From positions 18,135-82,134 of the forward strand of contig CAZYTH010000004.1 of NCBI GenBank assembly GCA_964649715.1: a DNA stretch of 64,000 bases. The letters run 5' to 3'. Positions 18,950-29,744 of the stretch are shown here, piece by piece. The stretch comes from an uncultured Candidatus Saccharibacteria bacterium. Its GTDB lineage: Bacteria; Patescibacteriota; Minisyncoccia; Phycocordibacterales; UBA12445. A program made the position numbers and the translations under genes. Every line of letters begins with the position of its first letter. Positions within the stretch are counted from its first letter, which is position 1. Under the pieces are notes generated by a model, which had not been told where the DNA came from, searched no databases, and was given only the letters and a program-made list of their open reading frames with translations.

Positions 18950-20602
18950 ATGACACAAAAAGAGGCACTCGATATATTAAAAATGGGGCACAACGCCTTT
19001 ATTACCGGCGCGGCTGGAAGCGGTAAGACGCATCTCTTAAATGAATATATAAAATATCTTAAAGACAATGATGTTGATATTGGTATCACAGCTTCTACCG
19101 GCATAGCAGCCTCTCACATGGGAGGGCAAACCATTCACGCTTGGTCTGGTATTGGTGTAAGAGACTCGCTTTCTCCATACGACATAGAAGGTCTTGAGGA
19201 AAGATCTTATTTATGGAAAAGATTTGAGAGGGCGAAGGTCTTGATAATAGACGAGATTTCGATGTTGCATCATTTTAGGTTGGATCTTGTGGAACAAATC
19301 CTACGTTCTTTTAAAAGAAACAATGAACCATTTGGAGGATTACAGGTTGTTTTCTGTGGTGATTTTTTTCAGCTTCCGCCAGTCTCAAGACAGGGGGAAC
19401 AAGAAGCTTTTTTCGCTTATCACTCAAGAAGCTGGAAAGAACTATCACCAAAGATATGTTATTTAAATGAGCAACACAGACAAAATGATTCTTCTTTTTT
19501 GGAAATATTGAATTCTATTAGAGGAAATAGCGTATCTGATAAAATTAAAGGGAAACTTTTATCAAGACACAAAAAAATAAAAGAAGACGTGGATGGGTTA
19601 ACAAAAATATATACACATAACGCTGACGTGGATATGGAAAACGAAAGAGAGCTAGAGAATCTTTCTGGCAGAATATTTGAGTACAAAATGATTAACAAGG
19701 GACACGAATTTTTATCTGAAACATTAAAAAAGGGATGTCTTTCTCCAGAAAACTTGCGCCTGAAAAAAAATGCGAGAGTAATATTTACAAAGAATAATTT
19801 TGAGTGTGGTTATGTTAACGGCACACAGGGGATAGTTACTGCTTGCGATGGCTCTGGTATTAAGGTAAGAACACTGGGGGGAAAAACGATAGAGGTGCCT
19901 CTTGCCACATGGGTTATCGAAGAAGATGGAAAAATAAAGGCTGAAATCACTCAGTATCCTCTTCGTCTTGCATGGGCTATTACTGTCCACAAAAGCCAAG
20001 GAATGAGTCTTGACAGCGCAGAGATAGATCTTTCTAGGGCATTTGAGAGCGGAATGGGCTATGTTGCTCTTTCACGGTTAAGATCCCTTGATGGGTTATT
20101 TTTGACTGGCCTAAACGACACCGCTTTAAAAGTTGATGAGGAGGTCTTTGAATTCGATCAACGATTTAGTGATTCTTCCTCTGCACACAAAGCAGAGTTG
20201 GCTGAATTGGATCCAAAAACTATTAAAGAAAAACAAGAAGAATTTTTAAATAAAATCTCCCCACGGGGTGGTAAGAAAAATAAAAAGAAAAAACTAACAA
20301 CATTTGAGATAACAAAAAAAATGCTAGAAGATGGTAAGTCTCTTCTGGAAATTGCGGTTGAACGTGACCTAAACTCCACCACGATACTTGACCACTGTGA
20401 GAAAATAAAAACAACCGAACCAGGGTTTGATTTTAGCGGGGTGACTAAAATAATTAGCGCTTCTCGGCAAAAGAAAATACGAGATGCCTTGATAAGGTGT
20501 GGTAAAGAAAACGGTAAATATCTGCTATCCCCGGCGAAGAATAAACTTGGTCCAGGATTTAGTTTTGACGAAATAAGATTGATTAGGCTTTTGTTAAATT
20601 AA
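18950..20602 (+). CDS. PIF1/RecD-like SF1B helicase with C-terminal HTH
   Basis: GAAGSGKT, TASTGIAA, IIDEISM, GDFFQLPPV, YPLRLAWAITVHKSQGMSL, YVALSR. Confidence 0.92.
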   Translation: MTQKEALDILKMGHNAFITGAAGSGKTHLLNEYIKYLKDNDVDIGITASTGIAASHMGGQTIHAWSGIGVRDSLSPYDIEGLEERSYLWKRFERAKVLIIDEISMLHHFRLDLVEQILRSFKRNNEPFGGLQVVFCGDFFQLPPVSRQGEQEAFFAYHSRSWKELSPKICYLNEQHRQNDSSFLEILNSIRGNSVSDKIKGKLLSRHKKIKEDVDGLTKIYTHNADVDMENERELENLSGRIFEYKMINKGHEFLSETLKKGCLSPENLRLKKNARVIFTKNNFECGYVNGTQGIVTACDGSGIKVRTLGGKTIEVPLATWVIEEDGKIKAEITQYPLRLAWAITVHKSQGMSLDSAEIDLSRAFESGMGYVALSRLRSLDGLFLTGLNDTALKVDEEVFEFDQRFSDSSSAHKAELAELDPKTIKEKQEEFLNKISPRGGKKNKKKKLTTFEITKKMLEDGKSLLEIAVERDLNSTTILDHCEKIKTTEPGFDFSGVTKIISASRQKKIRDALIRCGKENGKYLLSPAKNKLGPGFSFDEIRLIRLLLN

Positions 20603-20603
20603 G

Positions 20604-21362
20604 ATGAGAAAACGATTAACACACACAATCGTAAAAAAAACATTAAAAGATTTATCTGACCCGAAGAAAGCAACGATTCTAAAAAGATTTTTTAAAACAA
20701 AAAAAGGAGAATACGGAGAGGGGGATAAATTTTTGGGGGTTATGGTGCCGATACAAAGAAAGATTGCTTCTGAGTTTAAAGAACTCTCCCTAATTGAAAC
20801 AGAAAAATTACTGCATGGTAAATTTCACGAAGAAAGAATGACCGCTTTGCTTATTTTAATTTTTAAATTTAAAGTTGGAGAAGAAGCGGAAAGAAAAGAT
20901 ATTTTTGAGCTATACAAAAGAAACACAAAAAACATAAATAGTTGGGATCTGGTTGATATTTCTGCTTCAAATATTATCGGTGAGTATTTAAAAGACAAGG
21001 ATCGGAAAATTTTGTATAAATATGCCCGCTCAAAATGTCTTTGGGATAGGAGAATTAGTGTAGTGTCTACCCTTGCTTTTGTTAGGAAGGGCGATTTTTT
21101 TGATGCTTTAAAAATATCCGAAAAACTTCTTCGGGATAAGCAAGATTTAATACATAAGGCAGTTGGGTGGGTTCTAAGAGAAGTCAGTAAAAGATGTGGT
21201 GAGGAATTTGAAGAATATTTTCTGCAACAACACTACAAAACAATGCCTCGCACGATGCTCAGGTATGCGATAGAAAGATTTCCCGAGAAAAAGAGAAAGG
21301 CTTATTTAAATGGAGAAATAACCAAAAAAGTTTATTCTTCTGTTCCTAGAATTTTTTTATAG
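20604..21362 (+). CDS. DNA alkylation repair protein (AlkD-like)
   Basis: FFKT..GEYGEGD.FLGV, HEER, NSWDLVD, DLIHKAVGW.LRE, MPRTMLRYAIERF. Confidence 0.9.
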   Translation: MRKRLTHTIVKKTLKDLSDPKKATILKRFFKTKKGEYGEGDKFLGVMVPIQRKIASEFKELSLIETEKLLHGKFHEERMTALLILIFKFKVGEEAERKDIFELYKRNTKNINSWDLVDISASNIIGEYLKDKDRKILYKYARSKCLWDRRISVVSTLAFVRKGDFFDALKISEKLLRDKQDLIHKAVGWVLREVSKRCGEEFEEYFLQQHYKTMPRTMLRYAIERFPEKKRKAYLNGEITKKVYSSVPRIFL

Positions 21363-22363
21363 ACCTTTTCATAACCTGAAACCATTTTCTCGACGCTAAA
21401 TAAATGTTCCGCTCTTTTTCTTGAGTCATTTCTATTAAGAGCGTTTAACGACTTAATCGCCTTAACGGCTTCATCTACATTCTCGACAATAAACCCGGTC
21501 GAACCATGTTTTACAACTTCCGGAACCGAGCCGTTGTTCCATGCAATAACTGGTGTTCCGCAAGACATGGCCTCGATCATTACGTAACCAAAGACCTCCT
21601 GACATTGAGTAGGAAATATTAAAGCCTTTGCATTTTGAAGTAATTCAATTTTATCGTTAAAGGATTGTTCTCCTATATATCTAACGATTTTACCGTCCAC
21701 ATTCTTTTCTATTTTTGAATGCCAATAACCTTCTGTTGGATAGGTTCTACCGGCGATTAACAGCTGGACGCCGGCTTGCTTTGCTGCCTCTATGGCGAAA
21801 TGAACTCCCTTATCTTCAGTTACCCTGCCCAGGTATATTATGTAATCTTTTGGCTTGGGGTTGAATGAAAAAATATTTGTATCAACACCATGATAGATGT
21901 TTGCAACCCAATTTAGCTCAGGCATCAATCTTCTTTGAGCATAAGAGAACGATATATATTTTAAATTTTTGAACTCTGAAAGAAAAGGCCTGATTTGATC
22001 ATCAATCGGGCTATGGATAGATATCAGGGTTGGTGTTTTTACTAGATCACAATAAAAAGAGCTTAGCAGTGTAAAGTGACTGTGTATCAAATCAAAATCA
22101 CTTGCTTTTTTGTAGCACTTGGAGATCAATAGGTTTGTATAATGTTTTTTCTCTCTTTCAGTGAGATGCAGACCCTCGTTTAAGGCGATTGGGTATGTAC
22201 TGAATAGTTCAGCCTCTGTTTTCGAATCGCCTGATGCGAAAAGAGTGACTTCATTACCCTTATTTTTTAGTCCACTAGAAAGACAGCCCACGTGTGAGTA
22301 GATGGCGTTGTTGGCAATAGGATTAACAGCATGAAGATTTGATACTAATTGAGCTATTTTCAT
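21332..22363 (-). CDS. Glycosyltransferase family 4
   Basis: VTLFASGDS, IYHGVD, LGR..EDKG, EVFG.VMIEAMSCGTPV; overlaps the AlkD-like gene 3' end by 31 bp. Confidence 0.92.
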   Translation of the reverse strand: MKIAQLVSNLHAVNPIANNAIYSHVGCLSSGLKNKGNEVTLFASGDSKTEAELFSTYPIALNEGLHLTEREKKHYTNLLISKCYKKASDFDLIHSHFTLLSSFYCDLVKTPTLISIHSPIDDQIRPFLSEFKNLKYISFSYAQRRLMPELNWVANIYHGVDTNIFSFNPKPKDYIIYLGRVTEDKGVHFAIEAAKQAGVQLLIAGRTYPTEGYWHSKIEKNVDGKIVRYIGEQSFNDKIELLQNAKALIFPTQCQEVFGYVMIEAMSCGTPVIAWNNGSVPEVVKHGSTGFIVENVDEAVKAIKSLNALNRNDSRKRAEHLFSVEKMVSGYEKVYKKILGTEE

Positions 22364-22366
22364 TAT

Positions 22367-23554
22367 TTATTTCTTTATTTTATTAAATAATCTCTCAAGT
22401 TTATTAACGACGGTGTGAGGATCATGGGTTTTCTTTAGCAAATTTACAAATTTCTGAGGATACTTTTTATTTCTAAAAGAGCTTATTTTAGAAAAAGCTT
22501 TTTTATGATTAGAAAAGTCAACAATAAAATTCTCTAGTTTATTTTTCTTAAATAAGTCTGCATAACCAACGTTTTTTGAAATAAAAGTTGGTACCCCCTC
22601 AAGAGCTGCTTCCAAAACCACGTGGGGGGAAACATCAAAAAAAGAAGGGAGAAGTAACAAATCCATTTTTCTGTAAAAATTTCTTAAGCTCTTCTGATCC
22701 ATTGGAGCAACCACATTAATTTTTTTTCTGTATTCATCCTTAAGTTCTTTATCTATATTTGTGTCTGGTATTGTTGTCACAGCAAAAAATTTCCAATTCT
22801 TACCATCTTCAACAGACTCCTTGGCAACCCCTAAGAATGCTCTGTGGTTTTTTATTCTATCCCATCTAGCAACAATTCCAATATTAATATCATTTTTTAC
22901 TATATTTTTCTTAATTTTAGGAACCCCATAAGACTCACAAGGGAGAGGTATTATCTCTATTTTTGATTCCGGTATTTTATATATATTTTTTCTGAAATAA
23001 TTTTTAGTTGTTTCGTTTAAAAATACATTAACAGTTGGAAGTGTGGCAAAATCTCTTTCCATCTCTTTCATTACCTTGATTCCATCGGGAGTAAATCTGT
23101 CAGCATAAAGATCTATTTCTACCCCCCATAGTCCTGCATGCAACGCAACGATTGGTGTCCCTACCGAATAAGCTGCTCGTAAGTATTCCCACGAGAAGGC
23201 CGAAGATCCGTTTATAAAAACAACATCCGGTTGTTCTTCTTTAATAATTTTTGTTATCTCGGCAATAAGCTCTTTGCCTGCAATGATAGGCTTTTTATAT
23301 TTTTTTATCCCCGTATGCCTAGTATAGAGAAACTCCTTAGGCGTGGACACAATCCACCATTTTTTATTTTTCTTACCTTTGATTAATTCTGATGTTATTT
23401 TATCACCTTCGTATTTTTCCACTAACCCTACCCACGCATAACCCTTCTCTGTAAAAAGATTAGACAACAGTCTTGTATTTCTAGAAGGTCCTCCTTTTGT
23501 CGGCCATTTATTATCAGGCAGATTAGACATATAGTCATTTGAGAATATTTTCAT
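22367..23554 (-). CDS. Glycosyltransferase family 4-like
   Basis: KGGP, VARWDRIKN, LLLPS.FDVSPHVVLEAA..GVP. Confidence 0.8.
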   Translation of the reverse strand: MKIFSNDYMSNLPDNKWPTKGGPSRNTRLLSNLFTEKGYAWVGLVEKYEGDKITSELIKGKKNKKWWIVSTPKEFLYTRHTGIKKYKKPIIAGKELIAEITKIIKEEQPDVVFINGSSAFSWEYLRAAYSVGTPIVALHAGLWGVEIDLYADRFTPDGIKVMKEMERDFATLPTVNVFLNETTKNYFRKNIYKIPESKIEIIPLPCESYGVPKIKKNIVKNDINIGIVARWDRIKNHRAFLGVAKESVEDGKNWKFFAVTTIPDTNIDKELKDEYRKKINVVAPMDQKSLRNFYRKMDLLLLPSFFDVSPHVVLEAALEGVPTFISKNVGYADLFKKNKLENFIVDFSNHKKAFSKISSFRNKKYPQKFVNLLKKTHDPHTVVNKLERLFNKIKK

Positions 23555-23748
23555 ATTTACATAATACTCATTTTGTGTTTTTATTCAAGCTTTTTTCAAA
23601 AAATAGTTAACTGCTAATATTTTTAACTCTAAGATGTTATAATATTTTTGATTATTGAAATATTATATAAAAAATGACGTATGTTTTTTGGTAATTGGGG
23701 ATCGAGGGGTGCCTGTTTATTTTAGTGGAGTTATCTCAAATTAAAAAC

Positions 23749-24213
23749 ATGAATATAAAATTTATAGAAGATGCGATTAGATTATCTCGAGAGAGCGTAC
23801 AGACAGGAGGTGGTCCCTTTGGGGCTGTGGTTATTCACAACGGAGAAATTATTGGGATGGGCATGAATAGGGTCGTTCCCTTTAATGACCCAACAGCACA
23901 TGCAGAAATAGTTGCAATAAGAAATGCTTGTTTAAAAACAGGAAAACACGAACTATTTAATTCTGAAATATACACTTCATGCGAACCTTGCCCCATGTGT
24001 CTAGGTGCTATTTATTGGTCTGGCATAAAAAAAATATATTATGCCAACGATAGAAATGATGCAGAGAATATAGGTTTTAGTGATAATTTTATATATGAAG
24101 AAATTTCCAAAGAGAAAAAAGATCGAAAAATAGAAATTATAAAAATTGAGAACATTGAGGCTAAAAAAGTTTTTGAAGAATGGAAAGAGAAAGTAGACAA
24201 AATAATGTATTAG
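23749..24213 (+). CDS. Zn-dependent nucleoside/nucleobase deaminase (GuaD-like)
   Basis: GGPFGAV, DPTAHAE, SCEPCPMC.GAIYW, GFSD.FIYEE; ATG 23749 preferred. Confidence 0.88.
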   Translation: MNIKFIEDAIRLSRESVQTGGGPFGAVVIHNGEIIGMGMNRVVPFNDPTAHAEIVAIRNACLKTGKHELFNSEIYTSCEPCPMCLGAIYWSGIKKIYYANDRNDAENIGFSDNFIYEEISKEKKDRKIEIIKIENIEAKKVFEEWKEKVDKIMY

Positions 24214-24872
24214 ACAATCTCAAAGAAGGAATTGTTCTTATTGATAAGCCAAGGGGCATCACTTCTTTTGATGTCATAAGAATATTAAGAAAAAAAACAT
24301 CTATCAAAAAAATGGGTCATTCGGGAACCCTGGATCCAATGGCATCGGGTTTGCTTATTGTTGCTATCGGTCGATATACAAAAGAATTAAATAAATTATT
24401 AAAATTACCAAAAGAATATATAGCTGATATCCAATTTGGGAATAAAACTGATACAGGTGACATCACTGGTAATATATTAGAGACGAAAGCCGTGCCTGAA
24501 TTAAGTAAGTCTCTGATTGAAGATGTTTTAAATAAGATTACTGGAGTAAATGATATTTGCGTTCCTTTTTTTTCTGCGATAAAAAAAGAGGGGAGGTCTC
24601 TTTATAAATATGCAAGGAGGGGGGAATCGATAGAGCTTCCAAGAAAAAAAATGACAGTAATAAAAACTGAACTATTGGGAATCAAAGGGAGCATTATTTC
24701 TGTTCGTTTTTTTGTAGAAAGTGGAACATATATAAGAAGTCTCGGAGAGGAAATAGGCAAAATGATTGGCACGTTTGCCACACTAAGTAATCTAAGGAGA
24801 TTGAAGGTAGGAAATTATTCTGTTGAAGAAGCTCTGAAATTAGAAGCAAATGAACTATTCAAAAGACTCTAA
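24180..24872 (+). CDS. truB: tRNA pseudouridine(55) synthase (start uncertain)
   Basis: IDKP.G.TS, GHSGTLDPMASG, FSAIKK.G..LY..AR, SGTYIRSL. Confidence 0.92.
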   Translation: MERESRQNNVLDNLKEGIVLIDKPRGITSFDVIRILRKKTSIKKMGHSGTLDPMASGLLIVAIGRYTKELNKLLKLPKEYIADIQFGNKTDTGDITGNILETKAVPELSKSLIEDVLNKITGVNDICVPFFSAIKKEGRSLYKYARRGESIELPRKKMTVIKTELLGIKGSIISVRFFVESGTYIRSLGEEIGKMIGTFATLSNLRRLKVGNYSVEEALKLEANELFKRL

Positions 24873-24909
24873 TTGTAGTATCTTGTAATTACAATAATTA
24901 TAAAAAATA

Positions 24910-25284
24910 ATGGGAAAAATGGAAAATTTTGGTCAACCTAATTCCGGAAAAAAAAGAGAAAAACAAGAGATGGTGGTTAACTTTGAGGTTGGATCAATAG
25001 TAGAATGGGATCCAAAAATGTTTTCTGATCCAGTGCACCCAAGGGGTAGAACAATCAAGGATGGTGCTTTTGAGGTTGTCGAAATATTAGTTATGGGTAA
25101 AAAAAACAGAGAGGTAAGAAGTATCGGAAAAATCATAGAACAGGTTGTTCGTATAAGACCCGTAGAAGTTAAAAACAAAAAGAATAAATTAGCCAAAAAA
25201 GAAGAGAATCTGGTGGAAGAAGATGAAAATTCAAAAATAAAATACATAGATGTATCATCAAGATATCTAAGGTTAAAAAAATAA
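24910..25284 (+). CDS. Hypothetical protein
   Basis: 124-aa ORF in the operon; charged, no recognised motif. Confidence 0.65.
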   Translation: MGKMENFGQPNSGKKREKQEMVVNFEVGSIVEWDPKMFSDPVHPRGRTIKDGAFEVVEILVMGKKNREVRSIGKIIEQVVRIRPVEVKNKKNKLAKKEENLVEEDENSKIKYIDVSSRYLRLKK

Positions 25285-25295
25285 TTTTACAAAAA

Positions 25296-25757
25296 GTGAA
25301 AAAGCAAAAGTTTTTAAAAATAAAAAGAATAGATCGAGACTTACCATTGCCGGAATACAAGACAGATGGTTCTGTTGCCTTTGATTTCTTTATCAGAGAA
25401 AAAACCATCGTGCTTGCGAAAGAAATAAAATATATTGCTCTTAATGTTTGTATTCAAATACCAAAGGGTTTTACGCTTTTAATGGCACCAAGGAGCTCTA
25501 TGCACAAAAGAGGTTTAACGCTCGCAAATAGCGTAGCTGTTTTTGATGAAGATTTTTGTGGAGATGGAGATGAATATCATGCAGCTGTTTTTAATTTTAC
25601 AGAAAAAGATGTTACACTTGAAAAAGGAGATCGTCTAACTCAAGGGTTTTTGTTCCCAACGACAAAGGCTAAATGGAAAGAGGTTGCTTATATGAAAAAC
25701 AAAGATCGCGGTGGTTTTGGAAGTACGGGTTGTGGATTAAAAAAAAATGAAAAATAA
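25296..25757 (+). CDS. dut: dUTP diphosphatase
   Basis: AFDF, APRSS, N..AVFDEDF.G, GDRL.Q, RGGFGSTG. Confidence 0.9.
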   Translation: MKKQKFLKIKRIDRDLPLPEYKTDGSVAFDFFIREKTIVLAKEIKYIALNVCIQIPKGFTLLMAPRSSMHKRGLTLANSVAVFDEDFCGDGDEYHAAVFNFTEKDVTLEKGDRLTQGFLFPTTKAKWKEVAYMKNKDRGGFGSTGCGLKKNEK

Positions 25758-26592
25758 AAAATTTTTTTTAATCTTCACTTTAATTTCGATATTTTTCATT
25801 CTGTCTTTTTTTTATATTCGATATTATCTATCAAACAGCTTTGATATTAAAAAAGAACAAGCCGTTGTTATTTTTTATCCTTCTCCAAATTCCCATATAG
25901 AGAGTCCTTACAGAATTATGGGTCAGGCAAAGGGATACTGGTTTTTTGAGGCATCTTTTCCAATCATAATAAAAGATGCGAAAAATGGAGATGTGCTGGC
26001 AAACACAATCGCAGAAGCCACTTCAGACTGGATGACAACTGATTTCGTTCCTTTCCAGGCAGAAGTGGAGTTTGATGTAGACAGAGACACAGAATCCTTT
26101 ATTATTTTTAAAAAAGATAACCCATCAGGAATTCCTGAATATGATGCTGAGATAATGTTTCCTGTTGTTTTAAAACCAAAAATTCCCAAAAAAGTAGATG
26201 TATATCTTTATTATTATAATAAAGAAGAAGATATTTCGTTGTCAGGGGGCAATATTTCTTGTCGAGAAGAAGCAATACTTCCTGTTAAGAGAAATATTTC
26301 CTTTTCTGATAATTTGATAAGAGACTCTATTGAGCTTTTAATCAACGAGGAGCTTTTGCAAAAAGAGATAGAGAGTGGTTTTGAAAATGAATTTTTGCAT
26401 TCAGGACTTGAGGTTGAAAAAATAAATCTAGAAGACGGTATTTTAACCATTAACCTAAACGAGGTACCCGGATTCACCTCTGGCGGTTCGTGTCGAGTAG
26501 GAATACTTTCTTCTCAGATTAAAAAAACCGCCATGCAATTTGAAGGAGTAAAAGAAGTTATTTTTTTGCCAGATTCCATCTTCCAACCATAA
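25747..26592 (+). CDS. Membrane-anchored Gmad2 Ig-like plus GerMN domain protein
   Basis: TM; GYWFFEASFP, WMTTDFVPF, KDNPSG (Gmad2); GGSCRV....QI.KTA.QF..V (GerMN). Confidence 0.8.
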   Translation: MKNKKFFLIFTLISIFFILSFFYIRYYLSNSFDIKKEQAVVIFYPSPNSHIESPYRIMGQAKGYWFFEASFPIIIKDAKNGDVLANTIAEATSDWMTTDFVPFQAEVEFDVDRDTESFIIFKKDNPSGIPEYDAEIMFPVVLKPKIPKKVDVYLYYYNKEEDISLSGGNISCREEAILPVKRNISFSDNLIRDSIELLINEELLQKEIESGFENEFLHSGLEVEKINLEDGILTINLNEVPGFTSGGSCRVGILSSQIKKTAMQFEGVKEVIFLPDSIFQP

Positions 26593-26636
26593 TTGATTAA
26601 CTGGATTGTTGTTCAGCAAAGGGTTATAATTACAAA

Positions 26637-27641
26637 ATGCACAAGATAACCTCATTTGTTCTTGCGGAGACAGCTAGAGTTAAAAAAACCGAAAAAGAAC
26701 TGTCCAATCCGCTTATCTTAAAGAGCGCCCCTCACTACTTTGGAAAAAGTGTACCTGTACAATTTATTCTGGGCAAAGAAAAAGTTAATCTCGGTGGTAA
26801 AGAGGTTGAGTTTATTTTAAAAAAATACAACCCGGACACAATACTGGTTGAAGCGACAATTGAGGTTCCTGACGTTTTTGCTGATAAAATTTTAGACTTA
26901 AAGGAAGAGTTGCGACAGGCATGCTATCAATTGGCAAAAAAGAATGGAGCTAAAGATGGCCCGTCAGAAGAATATACTGTTTATCAGATTTCCGGATATA
27001 AAAACGATCCGGAGAATTTTTTAGAAACTCATGGTGATAAAATCGCCGGTTTATTAAAATCAGAAAAACTACAACTTGATGAAAAAGAGGTAGGATACAC
27101 ACTCTCTTTTAATTTTAAATATGCAAAAGATGATTTAATTATTGTTGATTGGGACGGTGCTTTTATTTTTGACCCGGAGGGTGAGGTTGGTGAAAACATC
27201 GAACTTCTAGAGTTAGCAAATTACCAACTTTTAAGATATAGAGTTCTCGACGAAGACCTAGACGGAAGAATGTCTATCGTTGCAAAATTAACTAATATAT
27301 ATGAAAAGAAAATCAGAATTTTTCCGGACAAGGAAATAACTAAGGGTTTTAAGGAAATGATTAAGATAAGATCTCAGTCGATTGTTCAGTTCGAAGCTTT
27401 AGAAAAAAGCATCAAACTTATCGGCGACTGGTATTCTGCAAGACTCTTTGAGTTGGTTTCAAAGAAATTTAGATTAGATATTTGGAAATTAACGATTAAA
27501 GACAAGTTAGAATCATTGGAAGACTCATATACTATGGTTTCTGAAAATCTTGGAATCTCAAGAATTCAGAGCATGGAATTTATAGCTCAAATGGGATGGC
27601 TTATTTTGATTGTTTTGGAATTGTGGAGTATTGCACAGTAG
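26637..27641 (+). CDS. Hypothetical protein with C-terminal TM (DUF155/RMD1-like)
   Basis: DLIIVDWDGAFI, LELANYQLL.YR.LD..LD, GDWYSARL, hydrophobic C-terminus. Confidence 0.55.
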   Translation: MHKITSFVLAETARVKKTEKELSNPLILKSAPHYFGKSVPVQFILGKEKVNLGGKEVEFILKKYNPDTILVEATIEVPDVFADKILDLKEELRQACYQLAKKNGAKDGPSEEYTVYQISGYKNDPENFLETHGDKIAGLLKSEKLQLDEKEVGYTLSFNFKYAKDDLIIVDWDGAFIFDPEGEVGENIELLELANYQLLRYRVLDEDLDGRMSIVAKLTNIYEKKIRIFPDKEITKGFKEMIKIRSQSIVQFEALEKSIKLIGDWYSARLFELVSKKFRLDIWKLTIKDKLESLEDSYTMVSENLGISRIQSMEFIAQMGWLILIVLELWSIAQ

Positions 27642-27914
27642 TTGACCAATCGTTCTTTCATGTTCTTTGAGTTTTATATATTATTGCCTTTCTGATCGGT
27701 CGGAATTTCGGTATTCAAATATTTTTAGACTAACGAGGGAGATATTTTCGTATTTATATTTTTGGGGCTACTATTGTTTGTCGTAAGCGCGATAGCAATT
27801 TATTTTGAGCGGACACACTTATCCGCTTTTATTTTTACCTATTTATGTTAATCTGGCACTAGAAATGAAATTTTAAAAATCAAAATGTTCTTCTAAACTT
27901 AAGGAGGTTAGGTA

Positions 27915-28523
27915 ATGGGAAAGATTATAATTTCTTTTTTTATCTTTATTTTAGTCCTTTTGATTGTTGTCGGATACGCCATGCAGTCTCAAAATAATAT
28001 AATTGTCCACCACGTTAAGATAAGTATCGTGGATGACGAATATGCAGTAAGGTATCGTGCCAAAATAAAAGTCGTTGGTTTATCAAAAAAAGACTTCGAA
28101 TCTGCCGCCAGAAATGCTTTTGCACGTCGTGTTGATTCAATTCGGAAATACAAGCTAACCCTTGACTCTGATGGGTGTCATCCGGAATACCTCTTAAGCA
28201 TGGTTGAAGCGAAATCCGTTGATGATATCAATGATGCCTTGGATGAGATTGACAACAGCAAAGAAAAAAAATCCGCCCAAATATCTCCAACTTCCATTGA
28301 AAAACTGACGTACTCTTACAAGATTGAACCTTCCAGGGCTGAGGAATTTAAGCAGACACTTGAACACCTCACGGAGTTACGGAGCATTGAGGTGAGAATG
28401 TGGGGAAAACCTCGCACAATCAGGGAGCAGGGGGGAGAAGAGGTTGTGTGTTTTAATTTTACCCTGACGGGAGAGGCTCGCGATATTGAGGAAGTTATCA
28501 TGGAGCTCGATCGAATATTTTAG
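27915..28523 (+). CDS. Hypothetical exported/membrane-anchored protein
   Basis: TAAGGAGGT SD, N-terminal hydrophobic segment, own terminator. Confidence 0.8.
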   Translation: MGKIIISFFIFILVLLIVVGYAMQSQNNIIVHHVKISIVDDEYAVRYRAKIKVVGLSKKDFESAARNAFARRVDSIRKYKLTLDSDGCHPEYLLSMVEAKSVDDINDALDEIDNSKEKKSAQISPTSIEKLTYSYKIEPSRAEEFKQTLEHLTELRSIEVRMWGKPRTIREQGGEEVVCFNFTLTGEARDIEEVIMELDRIF

Positions 28524-28548
28524 AGCCCAGGGCCAAATTTGTCTTGCC

Positions 28549-28576
28549 AACCCACACGAAAGTGTGGGTTTTTATT
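28549..28576 (+). terminator. Intrinsic terminator
   Basis: AACCCACAC-GAAA-GTGTGGGTT followed by TTTATT. Confidence 0.85.
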
Positions 28577-28742
28577 CTACCTGCCAAAACCAAAAATTTT
28601 CCCACGATAACCACAACTTCTGTGCTTTAGCATACGGGTAATAGATTTCCTTATTTAAATAATTGAATATATTAATTAGATTTTTATTTTTACATACCCA
28701 AAAAGAAACCCTTGCTTTGGTGTAACCATCTTTCTGGGGGCA

Positions 28743-29739
28743 TGTTTAGTTAACCTTCAAGGGTGACACTGCGGATAAGTATTTTTGCCATTTTTCAATT
28801 GGAATCATCCCATTCAGATGTTTTCCCAAATGAATTCTCTCGTAGTTATAAAACTGTAAATATTCCCGCAGACTTTTCCATGTCTTCCTCGGATTTAAAT
28901 AATATTCCTGATCAATCACACCATGGGCTCGTTCGACCGCTCCATCCCAAGTTGGCGATGACTTTGGAATAAAGTAATGAGCAATTCCTTTCTCTACTAA
29001 ATATTTGTGAAAGTCCCCGCGGTTTTCTGAACCGTTGTCGCTTTGTATGCCGAGTATTTTGAAGGGGAAATATTTCTCTGCTTCTAAAAAAGAATTAATT
29101 GTCTCCTCGGCTGTCATACCCAAAGTAATGGTGGCAAACTGTAAACCAGTGTAAATATCAATGAAAGTCCGCTGGAATTTACGCATATTGTCCCCCCAGA
29201 CATACTTAGCGTCCATTTGCACCATATCACCTGGTTGTTTGGGGATTACCACCTTTTTGATCGGTGTGTACCAAGCCAGCTTCTTTTGTGGACGAAAAAC
29301 TAATCCTTTCTTTTTGTAGAATTTGTAAATTGCTGTCGTAGATATATTAATATCAAATCTTCTTTTAATCAGTAATTTCATTTTTAGTGGACCATAATTA
29401 ATTCTCGCTTTTTCATCACAGATGAATATTTTGACTTCACCTTTAATCTTGGTTTCAGGATGTTCTTTTTTGGGAAAATATTTGTGACTACCCAAATCTT
29501 TTTCTCGCCATTTGTAATATGTCTTACGAGAAATGGCATACAAGCCACAGACTTCATCAACTGTCTTGTTTGCTTTCTCAATTAAGAAATACCATTTCTG
29601 TCTGATTTTGACCGGATATGCTGGTGTTTGATTTTTGTTTGCCATTTGTATTTTTTGGCTTTCGCCCTTATGAATTCTAATAATTAACCTTTGTCACCCC
29701 AATCCTATCAGAATGTCACCTCATATGGTTAACTGTACA
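28743..29739 (-). mobile_element. IS481-family insertion sequence (997 bp)
   Basis: 26-bp imperfect terminal IRs TGTTTAGTTAACCTTCAAGGGTGACA / TGTACAGTTAACCATATGAGGTGACA (19/26 identical, TGT..ACA ends); 5-bp target duplication GGGCA at 28738-28742 and 29740-29744. Confidence 0.9.
28746..29645 (-). CDS. DDE transposase (IS481 family, rve core)
   Basis: HTH (VC..Y.ISRKTYYKW); DDE residues in QMDAK, QSDNGSE, AVERAH; YNYER.H. Confidence 0.92.
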   Translation of the reverse strand: MANKNQTPAYPVKIRQKWYFLIEKANKTVDEVCGLYAISRKTYYKWREKDLGSHKYFPKKEHPETKIKGEVKIFICDEKARINYGPLKMKLLIKRRFDINISTTAIYKFYKKKGLVFRPQKKLAWYTPIKKVVIPKQPGDMVQMDAKYVWGDNMRKFQRTFIDIYTGLQFATITLGMTAEETINSFLEAEKYFPFKILGIQSDNGSENRGDFHKYLVEKGIAHYFIPKSSPTWDGAVERAHGVIDQEYYLNPRKTWKSLREYLQFYNYERIHLGKHLNGMIPIEKWQKYLSAVSPLKVN

Positions 29740-29744
29740 GGGCA

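Noticed and set aside
27642-27850. Possible frameshifted membrane-protein remnant (LYIIAFLIG..., DIFVFIFLGLLLFVVSAIAIYF)
   Set aside because: No start codon or recognisable homology; T-rich DNA readily gives hydrophobic translations.
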